Origin: a virus
Taxonomy: Duplodnaviria; Caudoviricetes
Direction: 5' to 3' (one strand)
IMG/VR virus record: IMGVR_UViG_3300033067_000637
Coordinates: 1 to 31,025 of that record
DNA length: 31,025 nucleotides
The notes under the pieces: generated by a model
Told to the model about the DNA's origin: nothing
Database searches by the model: none
What the model saw: only the letters and a program-made list of their open reading frames with translations
Program-made: the position numbers and the translations under genes
Shown: in pieces, positions 7,540 through 15,274 of the stretch
Position numbering within the stretch: the stretch's first letter is position 1
How the letters are laid out: every line of letters starts with the position of its first letter

Positions 7540-8493
7540 ATGTCTGGATTTATGGTCGCAAACAATGACCATCTCATTCGGTCGAGCCTTTGGTCGAAAG
7601 ACATCAAAGAGGTTCTGCTCGCCGATCTGATGGGCCTTAAGTTTGTCCGTATGCTTCAGGACTTCCCGGATGGTCAGACGATTAACATTCCTTCTATCGG
7701 TCAGATGGAAGCGCTTGATTACGTTGAAGGCCAGCCGGTAGAATATACTGCGATGGATACTGGTAACTTCCAGTTCTCTATCAACCAGTATAAGTCCTCG
7801 GCTACTTACATCACGAACAAGATGAAGCAAGATTCGTTCTATATGAGCGAGCTTACTGGATCGTTCGTTCCCAAGCAGGCTCGCGCTATTGCGACAGCTA
7901 TGGAAGCGGATATGTTCGTTAACTGCAACTCTGGTCAAACTCCGAATGATCCCAACGTAATCAACAGTGCTCGTCACCGTTTCGTTGGTAGTGGTTCGGG
8001 TAATGTGATCTCGATCACGGACTTTGCTAAGGCAAACTTCGCCCTTGATAAGGCGTACGTTCCGCAGCAAAATCGTGTCGCGATTGTTGATCCGTCTTGC
8101 GAATACACACTCTCTACGCTGACGAATATTGTCAACGTGTCTAATAACCCGATGTGGGAAGGTGTTATTACGACTGGTCTTACCAGTGGTATGCGCTTTA
8201 TCAAAAACATCTACGGCTTCGATATCTATGTTTCGCACTTCCTGCCTCAGGGCATCTCGGAGACGGTGTCTGGTACGTCCATCACGAATGGCGTTGCCAA
8301 CCTGTTCTTCTCGGCTGCTTCTGATGTGGTTCCGTTGGTCGGTCAGGTCCGTCAGCCCCCGAAGGTTGATTCTGACTACAACAAAGACCTGCAGCGTGAC
8401 GAATACGTGACGACCTGCCGTTGGGGTCTCAAGCTCTTCCGGCCTGAGAACATGGTTGTTGGCCTCACTGACAATTCCAAAGTTTATGCGTAA
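7540..8493 (+). CDS. Major capsid protein
   Basis: 317 aa with HK97-fold-like features (GQTINIPSIG; C-terminal YVTTCRWGLKLFRPE). Strong AAGGAAG RBS and strongly biased codon usage. Confidence 0.92.
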   Translation: MSGFMVANNDHLIRSSLWSKDIKEVLLADLMGLKFVRMLQDFPDGQTINIPSIGQMEALDYVEGQPVEYTAMDTGNFQFSINQYKSSATYITNKMKQDSFYMSELTGSFVPKQARAIATAMEADMFVNCNSGQTPNDPNVINSARHRFVGSGSGNVISITDFAKANFALDKAYVPQQNRVAIVDPSCEYTLSTLTNIVNVSNNPMWEGVITTGLTSGMRFIKNIYGFDIYVSHFLPQGISETVSGTSITNGVANLFFSAASDVVPLVGQVRQPPKVDSDYNKDLQRDEYVTTCRWGLKLFRPENMVVGLTDNSKVYA

Positions 8494-8512
8494 TTGAGGG
8501 AGGAAAATAATT

Positions 8513-9052
8513 ATGTCTTGGCTTAATAATGATGGGCTGTTCGTTCGTATGGGTCTCGATGAGGCCAATCCGAACGTAGGCGGCACCTATAATACCCTTG
8601 GTCCGCTTCAGATTTCTGAAGTTGTGATTAAGGCTGTTGACATTCAGTCTGCTACGTCGACTCGTATCGGTTCGGTTGAGCAGGTCCAGGGTGTTCAGCT
8701 GCCCAAGGGTGCACTTATCGAAAAGTGCGAACTCTTGATTGAAACTGCATTTACTTCTAGCGGTACCGTTGGTTCTGCTACGGTTGTGCTTGGTTTCATC
8801 GGTGATGACTTCGCAACGGAAGTTGACTATGACGGTATTACGACCACGTCCTTCACGGGTACGGTCGGTGGTATCGCTACGGTCAAAACCGTGACGACTA
8901 TTAACCGTGCAACGACTGGTGCTGGTGCGTACCTTACGGGTGCTACTGGTCTGGCTTCTGCCGGTTACCTGACTGTGGCCAACTCTACGCATGCTTCGAA
9001 CCCGCTCGCTACGGGCGTGATGAAGCTTCGCGTGTTCTGGCGCATGGCATAA
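8513..9052 (+). CDS. Virion structural protein (possible capsid decoration protein)
   Basis: Follows the capsid gene with a strong GGGAGG RBS and the same high-expression codon bias. Beta-rich, T/G/A-rich. Confidence 0.6.
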   Translation: MSWLNNDGLFVRMGLDEANPNVGGTYNTLGPLQISEVVIKAVDIQSATSTRIGSVEQVQGVQLPKGALIEKCELLIETAFTSSGTVGSATVVLGFIGDDFATEVDYDGITTTSFTGTVGGIATVKTVTTINRATTGAGAYLTGATGLASAGYLTVANSTHASNPLATGVMKLRVFWRMA

Positions 9053-9065
9053 GGAGTAACTGACA

Positions 9066-9311
9066 ATGGCAGTTATCTCTACTAAAGACAATCAAATTGA
9101 TCAGGGCTCACTCCAGCTTAAAGTGCTGGAGTTGGGTCTTGGTGCCAAGGTTGGTGCAGCTCAAACAGTTACCCTTACGGGTGTTGTTGCAGATGCCGGT
9201 ACTGGTGCTAGCTCAGCTGGTGCTAGTGGTGGTTCTGCTGCTGCGAAAGTCATTGCCATCGATATCGCTGGTGTGACTTACTACATTGGCGCTTGGTCGT
9301 CTAACGCTTAA
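9066..9311 (+). CDS. Small virion protein (possible head fibre/decoration)
   Basis: AAGGAG RBS, 81 aa Ala/Gly-rich protein in the head cluster. Confidence 0.55.
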   Translation: MAVISTKDNQIDQGSLQLKVLELGLGAKVGAAQTVTLTGVVADAGTGASSAGASGGSAAAKVIAIDIAGVTYYIGAWSSNA

Positions 9312-9351
9312 CGAACTCGCAAGAGCGATCACTAATGGTTAAGGCAGATTA

Positions 9352-12300
9352 ATGACTAAAGTTACTCTCAACGATCTAACAAATCTCAATAACCAGCAGA
9401 GTTCCATTAACACGATTAATGGTAACAATACTACTATTGAGACTGCGTTCGATAATACATTGTCTCGAGATGGCTCTAATCCTAATCAGATGGAAGCCAC
9501 ACTTGACATGAATAGTAATCATGTCATTAATCTGCCAGAACCTGCTCATGGTCATGAACCGTTGCGTCTTCAGGACATAACGAATTTCATTGATCAATTT
9601 GCGCTCGTACAAACTCCAAGTCCCGGTGATGCTGGAAAGATTATTCGGGTACGAACAGACGAGATTGCTTACGATATTTCTAGCATTCAAATCAATGCTA
9701 GTGATAACGCTATTCATCCAGTTACGAATGATAGCAGTACACTTGGCCAACTTGGCAAAGCTTTCTCGGATTTATTTCTCGCAAGCGGAGCAGTAATTAA
9801 CTTTAACTCCTCAGACGTTACTATCACTCATAGCTCGGACCAATTGACCATTGGTGGTCTTGGTTCGTATACAGTGGGGTCAACAGGTGGTCTTCAAGTT
9901 AATAACGATATTGTCACTACTGGCGGCGCTATCTATGCTCTTGGTGGCGCTATCCCCATCTCTACTTCTGTGCCTGGCGTTTACTTCGGAAAAGAGTCGG
10001 CAAATAACAACCGCGCTATTCAGATTGTCAGCCCTGCTGCTGGTAGTGCATACATTGATTTCGCTCCTGTCAGCGTAGACTTTGATGGTCGTATTCTTGT
10101 CGACACATCTGCACACACCATGGCTTTCTCAGTCAATGGAGCTGAAGAAGTCAAGATCTCTGGCACAGCTACTTATCCATCTGTTAACGATGGTAATGCT
10201 CTTGGTACGACAACCAACATGTGGGGAGATCTGTTTCTTGCCAGTGGTGGTGTGATCAATTTTAACAATGGTGACGTCACTCTTACACATGCTACAGATC
10301 TATTGACATTTGCAGGTGCTGCTAATGGTTACAGATTTGATGCTAATATTTCTCCAACGACAAATGATGGCGCTCCTTTAGGAACTACTTCCCTTAAGTG
10401 GGCTGACCTGTTTCTCGCAAGCGGAGCAGTAATCAATTTCAATAGCGGTAACGTTCTTCTAACACACAGCAATAATACTCTGACATTCACAGGAGCGTCT
10501 ACCGGGTATTTCTTTGATGCTCCTATCAAGAGAGATGCTAACTTCTTTTTAGATTTGGATGCAACTCCAAATCCACTGATCTCTTTCGATAGTACCGATA
10601 CTCTTTCATATGGTCGTTCAGCCAATACTTGGTACTTCAATATAGCAGGTTCTACTCCGCTATTTATTAGCGGTACTACGATAGGACCAGGTACTAATGA
10701 TCTTACTGCATTAGGTTCTACTTCACTAAGCTTCAGTGATCTATTCCTGGCTAGTGGAGCAGTGATCAATTTTAATAACAGTAACTATACTGTAACACAT
10801 AGTTCCAATCTTCTTAACTTCAGTGGTTCAGGACAGTTTGGTAATACACTCTTTATTTCTGGTGGATATGCAGGTGCGTACTCTGGTGGATCGAGTGCTC
10901 TTAAATTAGGTGGTGGTGGTACGTCTCCTAATGGAGCAGCTATCGGATGGGGTGATGGTTCTGGTTGGATTCTTAATCTAGGGTACAACTCAAGTTCTGT
11001 CTTTACTCCTAGATATCAGTTCGTAGATAGTGGAGCTTTCAGACCAGCTAATAATGATGGTGCTGTTCTCGGTACTGCTACTCAAAGTTGGGCTGACCTG
11101 TTTCTCGCTACTGGTGGTGTAATCAACTTTAACAACGGTGATTACACTCTTACTCATTCAAGTGGAGTACTTACTGCTAGTAGCGATCTTCGAGTAACAA
11201 CTGCAGGTACCAATGCTACTTCTGTGGCAACATTGCAGGGTACACAGACCTTTACTGGTAAGACTATCAATCTTACAAATAATACGCTGTCAGGTACTAC
11301 TGCTCAATTCAACACGGCATTGAGTGATGACGATTTTGCAACTCTCACAAATACCGTTACGCTTACGAATAAGACTCTTACTTCTCCGAGTATCAGTAGT
11401 CCGACGGTATCTGGAACTTTCACTAATACACAGGCGACTGTGTTTAACGGTGTTATTACTCCTTCACTTAGTGCTGATGTTAATGACTGGTCTCCTTCTG
11501 GCTTCTCAACTGCAACAACTATTCTTCTAACAGGAACGTCTAGTTGGAACATTACTGGTCTTGCTGCAAGTAGCAATGGTAGATTAATTCTACTGTTTAA
11601 CGCAGATGTTGCCAATACTTTCATTATTAAGAACAATAGTACAAGTTCATCAGTAGCTAATCGTATTCAATGTAATACTGATCTTAGTCTTCTGCCAGGT
11701 ACTGGTTGCTTATTGTACTACGAGACCACTAATAACTTCTGGCGCCTTGTAGGTGGCGGTGGTTCTGGCGGTGGTATCGCTAATGCTTATTCCGCTATTA
11801 CGGATGGTACTACTACAGCTAACGCAGCTGGTACAGATACCATTAAGTTTCGAGTAGGAGGACTTGGAGGTATCACTGCAGTAGTTGGATCGAATGATCC
11901 CACACATGGTGACAATCTTCTAATCTCTCTGAATATCACAGGTCTTACAGCTGATACATCTCCTGATCGTCAGGCAGACTCGGTTGTTACTTATGATTCT
12001 AGTGCAAATCTACATAAGAAAGTCTTACTAAAAGATATTGTCTATCCGCAATGTACCGTGCAGGTATTTACTTCTAGCGGTACTTGGACTAGACCTACTG
12101 GTTGTCGTCGTATAAAAGCGACTATTGTAGGTGGTGGTGGTGGAGGCGGGAATACCACCACCGTTAGCGGTGCTGCTGGAGGAGGTGGTGGAGCCGGTGC
12201 TACGTGCATTAAATATCTTGATGTTACATCCACGTCCTCCCTTACAGTTACGGTAGGAGCTGGTGGTGCTAGCAACACTGCCGGTGGTACATCAGGTCTA

Positions 12301-12651
12301 GGTACATCTAATGCTCAAGGACAGGCAACAGGAGGTGGTGCAGGTTCTACGGGGTCTAGTTCTACTATCGGTTCAGCTGGTGTGGCCGGTGGGTCGGCTA
12401 CGAATGGTACTATAAATATTGATGGTGGTGGAGGCGGTAGTTCTATTCCTGGATCATCGGGTGGTTGCTCTGGGATCGGAGGAGCGAGTATGTTCGGTGG
12501 TGGAGGCAGATCACTTACTACAGGCAGTTCTTATACAGGAGTGGACGGTCCCGCTTGGGGATCGGGTGCCAGCGGCGGTGTCCGACAAAGTACGAACACA
12601 TCTGGTGGCGTTGGCGGCGCAGGTATCATAATCGTAGAGGAATTCTATTAA
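9352..12651 (+). CDS. Tail fibre / receptor-binding protein with five internal repeats and a C-terminal glycine-rich domain
   Basis: N-terminal podovirus fibre anchor (NTLSRDG...MEATLDMNSNHVINLPEP), five 'P..ND...LG.....DLFLASG.VINFN' repeats, and a C-terminal 'FTSSGTWTRP...GGGGGGG...GAGIIIVEEFY' Gly-rich domain. Confidence 0.88.
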   Translation: MTKVTLNDLTNLNNQQSSINTINGNNTTIETAFDNTLSRDGSNPNQMEATLDMNSNHVINLPEPAHGHEPLRLQDITNFIDQFALVQTPSPGDAGKIIRVRTDEIAYDISSIQINASDNAIHPVTNDSSTLGQLGKAFSDLFLASGAVINFNSSDVTITHSSDQLTIGGLGSYTVGSTGGLQVNNDIVTTGGAIYALGGAIPISTSVPGVYFGKESANNNRAIQIVSPAAGSAYIDFAPVSVDFDGRILVDTSAHTMAFSVNGAEEVKISGTATYPSVNDGNALGTTTNMWGDLFLASGGVINFNNGDVTLTHATDLLTFAGAANGYRFDANISPTTNDGAPLGTTSLKWADLFLASGAVINFNSGNVLLTHSNNTLTFTGASTGYFFDAPIKRDANFFLDLDATPNPLISFDSTDTLSYGRSANTWYFNIAGSTPLFISGTTIGPGTNDLTALGSTSLSFSDLFLASGAVINFNNSNYTVTHSSNLLNFSGSGQFGNTLFISGGYAGAYSGGSSALKLGGGGTSPNGAAIGWGDGSGWILNLGYNSSSVFTPRYQFVDSGAFRPANNDGAVLGTATQSWADLFLATGGVINFNNGDYTLTHSSGVLTASSDLRVTTAGTNATSVATLQGTQTFTGKTINLTNNTLSGTTAQFNTALSDDDFATLTNTVTLTNKTLTSPSISSPTVSGTFTNTQATVFNGVITPSLSADVNDWSPSGFSTATTILLTGTSSWNITGLAASSNGRLILLFNADVANTFIIKNNSTSSSVANRIQCNTDLSLLPGTGCLLYYETTNNFWRLVGGGGSGGGIANAYSAITDGTTTANAAGTDTIKFRVGGLGGITAVVGSNDPTHGDNLLISLNITGLTADTSPDRQADSVVTYDSSANLHKKVLLKDIVYPQCTVQVFTSSGTWTRPTGCRRIKATIVGGGGGGGNTTTVSGAAGGGGGAGATCIKYLDVTSTSSLTVTVGAGGASNTAGGTSGLGTSNAQGQATGGGAGSTGSSSTIGSAGVAGGSATNGTINIDGGGGGSSIPGSSGGCSGIGGASMFGGGGRSLTTGSSYTGVDGPAWGSGASGGVRQSTNTSGGVGGAGIIIVEEFY

Positions 12652-12788
12652 TGCCTAAATACAATGTAATTAAAGATGGTGAAGTAATCAATATGGTTCT
12701 TTGGGATGGTGTTTCAGATTATAATCCTGGTGAAGGGTGTACTCTAGAACTCTGGACTCCGCCTGTTATTGAAGAGGAAGATGAATAA
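12651..12788 (+). CDS. Small (45 aa) tail-fibre-associated protein
   Basis: MPKYNVIKDGEVINMVLWDG..., with TAATG overlaps to both neighbours. It is the real 3' part of ORF 12465..12788. Confidence 0.7.
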   Translation: MPKYNVIKDGEVINMVLWDGVSDYNPGEGCTLELWTPPVIEEEDE

Positions 12789-13582
12789 TGAATTGTGGTA
12801 AACGGGGTCTAGATCTCTGTAAGCAGTTTGAAGGGTGCGAGAAACGGCTGAAAGATGGTCGCTACATCGCTTACCTCGATACAATCGCAGGTTCTAAGTT
12901 CCATTCCCCAGGCTACAATGGTTTGTGGACTATTGGGTATGGTTCTACTGGACCGTACATTACTGAAGGTACTATCTGGACGCAGGCTCAGTGTGATGCT
13001 GGTCTCTTGCGTGAGATGAATGAGAAGGCAAAGCAGCTCAATGCATACTTGCGGGTCTCACTTAATCAGAACCAGTTTGATGCTCTTTGCTGTGCTGCTT
13101 ACAATCTCGGCGTTGCTGGGATGCGTACTGTACTGGATGCTATAAATGCTGGTGATAATGAACTGGCTATGCGCCGCTTGGTTAATCATAACCATGCTAG
13201 CGGTAGAGTTGTTGCTGGATTGACGCGTAGACGTTATGCTGAGAAGGAATTGTTCGAGTGGGAGACGAAGCAAGAAGTAGTGGGACTATCGAAGCCTCTG
13301 CAGCAAGCGAATACGATACAGAATACGACAGCCGTCGGTGGCTTCTCACTGGCAGCGATGTGGAACTACCTGCCTCAGGTAAAGGAATTCATGCAGGATC
13401 ACACTGGTATGATACTCCTCGGAGTGGTCGGTACCGTACTAGGTATCAACTATCTGTACCAGAGACATTGGCATAACGCTTTTAATGAAGGTACGTACGT
13501 GCCCACAGGTACGAAGCCAGTTCCTGTTATCCCTGAGGAAGAACTTCCGGTAGAGGAGACAGAAGCTGATGCTATCGCTTAG
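12788..13582 (+). CDS. Endolysin, GH24/phage lysozyme, with a C-terminal membrane-spanning extension
   Basis: Contains FEG...AYLD...WTIGYGST, LNQNQFDAL...YNLG and GLTRRRYAEKELF. Hydrophobic segments follow the catalytic domain. Confidence 0.9.
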   Translation: MNCGKRGLDLCKQFEGCEKRLKDGRYIAYLDTIAGSKFHSPGYNGLWTIGYGSTGPYITEGTIWTQAQCDAGLLREMNEKAKQLNAYLRVSLNQNQFDALCCAAYNLGVAGMRTVLDAINAGDNELAMRRLVNHNHASGRVVAGLTRRRYAEKELFEWETKQEVVGLSKPLQQANTIQNTTAVGGFSLAAMWNYLPQVKEFMQDHTGMILLGVVGTVLGINYLYQRHWHNAFNEGTYVPTGTKPVPVIPEEELPVEETEADAIA

Positions 13583-13898
13583 TATGATTACCGGAGCAGT
13601 TGCTTGGATTGCAACCCACATATGGGTGCTATTACTCGCTGTTGCTCCAGCTGTTCTTAACTTTGTCTCTCCATTATTCAAGAACCTTAGTGAAGGTGGT
13701 GCAGGCTTCGTCTCAACAGTTTGGGAAGGAGCAAAGACAAATAAGTTTGCAAACTGGATGTTTGCTCTTGTTGTTGGTGTAACTGCTTTCGCTGTTGGCT
13801 ACCACTATGGTTGGTGGGGTGCGATCGATTGGGGTCATGAGCACTATCGTTGGATCGCTAAGAAGACCGTAACTTCCGCATGGTGGAAGTTCTGGTAA
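13569..13898 (+). CDS. Membrane protein, putative holin/lysis accessory
   Basis: Two hydrophobic segments and a basic/Trp-rich C-terminus. Overlaps the endolysin 3' end. Confidence 0.55.
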   Translation: MLSLSMITGAVAWIATHIWVLLLAVAPAVLNFVSPLFKNLSEGGAGFVSTVWEGAKTNKFANWMFALVVGVTAFAVGYHYGWWGAIDWGHEHYRWIAKKTVTSAWWKFW

Positions 13899-14155
13899 TG
13901 GAAAGAGATGATGTATTAATTGCCTTGGCTCGTCTTCAAGCGACACAAGAACAATTGCTAATTCGCTTTGATGAGTATAAAGTAAATCAAAAAGAAATGC
14001 ACATCGATAACAATACTCGAATGGATGCTATTGAAGCAGACATCTCAGTGCTGAAAGAAAAGATTAACTGGGCTGCTGGTGCTATGGCACTAGCTGCCAT
14101 TCCTTTCTTTATTGTTATCGATTGGGTCAAAGCAAAGATATTTGGAGCTAACTAA
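13898..14155 (+). CDS. Coiled-coil protein with C-terminal TM helix (holin/XhlA-like lysis accessory)
   Basis: MERDDVLIAL... start at the TAATG overlap. Heptad-like N-region, then WAAGAMALAAIPFFIVI. Confidence 0.55.
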   Translation: MERDDVLIALARLQATQEQLLIRFDEYKVNQKEMHIDNNTRMDAIEADISVLKEKINWAAGAMALAAIPFFIVIDWVKAKIFGAN

Positions 14156-14974
14156 GTGAAACAAACTCTACTTGATATTGTCCAAGCTATCTTGGCTGCA
14201 ATGGACAGTGAAGAGATCAACTCTATTGCTGATACTGTTGAGGCAAATCAGGTAGCCTTAATCTGTAAGAATGTCTATTACGATATTACTACAGACCTTA
14301 ATCTTCCTGGAAAGCAGACCATATTCCAACTTAACGCAAGTGGAGATATTAACATTCCTTGTGTTATGACAGTACCGGCAGATATCTTCAAGGTAGAGAA
14401 TGTTCGGTATGATTATACTGCAGTTCCTGGTGAGACTCCTGATTATCGCATCATCGAACTTCTAACCTTTGAAGACTTCATGCTTCGTCAGGTTCCTGGT
14501 GAAGCTGTTGATAACAGTATCCAAGTTCAGACAGTTACTGTGGGTGGAGAAGACTTTCAGTTCTACTACAGAAACAACGCTGATCCTAAGTTCTATACTA
14601 CCTTTAACGACAATACATTGATCTTTGACTCTTATGATTCTGTAAAAGAAGATACACTTCAAAAAGTCAATACGATGTGCACAGGAAGAACAATTCAAGT
14701 CTTCCTGCTTGAAGACTCTTTCATTCCTGATTTGGAAGCTAATCAGTTCTCGTACTATATCAACAAGTGTAAAGTACGTGCATTCAATGAACTGAAACAA
14801 ACCGCTAATCAGGAAGCAGTTGCTGAAACGCGTAGACAAAAGATTATGCAGCAAAAGCGTAAAGGCAAGACAGAAGATCTTCCAGCAGTATTTACAACCC
14901 CGGCTCGCTTTGGTAAGTCGGGAACAACCGGGTCATCCGACAAGATACCTAGAGCATTAAGAAGCGGATCATAA
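14156..14974 (+). CDS. Tail tubular protein A / head-tail adaptor
   Basis: N-terminal TLLDIVQAILAAMDSEEINSIADTVEANQVA resembles T7 gp11-type adaptors. Lies upstream of the nozzle gene. Confidence 0.75.
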   Translation: MKQTLLDIVQAILAAMDSEEINSIADTVEANQVALICKNVYYDITTDLNLPGKQTIFQLNASGDINIPCVMTVPADIFKVENVRYDYTAVPGETPDYRIIELLTFEDFMLRQVPGEAVDNSIQVQTVTVGGEDFQFYYRNNADPKFYTTFNDNTLIFDSYDSVKEDTLQKVNTMCTGRTIQVFLLEDSFIPDLEANQFSYYINKCKVRAFNELKQTANQEAVAETRRQKIMQQKRKGKTEDLPAVFTTPARFGKSGTTGSSDKIPRALRSGS

Positions 14975-14975
14975 A

Positions 14976-15272
14976 ATGAACACTGCCTACGAAAACTTCG
15001 AAGACCAACTTGATGAAGTTTATAATGAGCGTACAAGAACTAAGACTTTCAGTGGACGTACGTATACCATTAGATGCCATGATCCTTATGGCTTCTGGAA
15101 AGTAGAGTCCAAGAGTAATGGTGGTCGAATGCCAGACGACCTTAAACAAGATTTTACTACTATGGAATTAGCCTGGCAAGCGATTGAACGATACGAACTA
15201 CAGGTAGGACATCTGTTGGATCGTAGAGAAGATAAGAAGAATAAGAATAAACCGAAAGAGATTGAGCTTTAA
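14976..15272 (+). CDS. Hypothetical protein in the tail cluster
   Basis: 98 aa ORF tightly packed between tail genes. Confidence 0.7.
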   Translation: MNTAYENFEDQLDEVYNERTRTKTFSGRTYTIRCHDPYGFWKVESKSNGGRMPDDLKQDFTTMELAWQAIERYELQVGHLLDRREDKKNKNKPKEIEL

Positions 15273-15274
15273 GA

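Noticed and set aside
8480-8515. T7-style frameshift/readthrough extension of the major capsid into the next gene
   Set aside because: The next gene is out of frame, its frame has a TGA at 8495-8497, there is no slippery heptamer, and it has its own strong RBS.
7519-9091. Long antisense ORFs 7519..8586 (355 aa) and 8465..9091
   Set aside because: They mirror the strongly codon-biased capsid-region genes, which suppresses antisense stops. They have no protein-like features.
9316-9325. CTC-GCAA-GAG hairpin after the head genes as a terminator
   Set aside because: The stem is only 3 bp with no U-tract.
9712-11185. Diversity-generating retroelement template/variable repeats in the tail fibre
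   Set aside because: All repeats are in-frame coding units, differences are not adenine-specific, and no reverse transcriptase is in the window.
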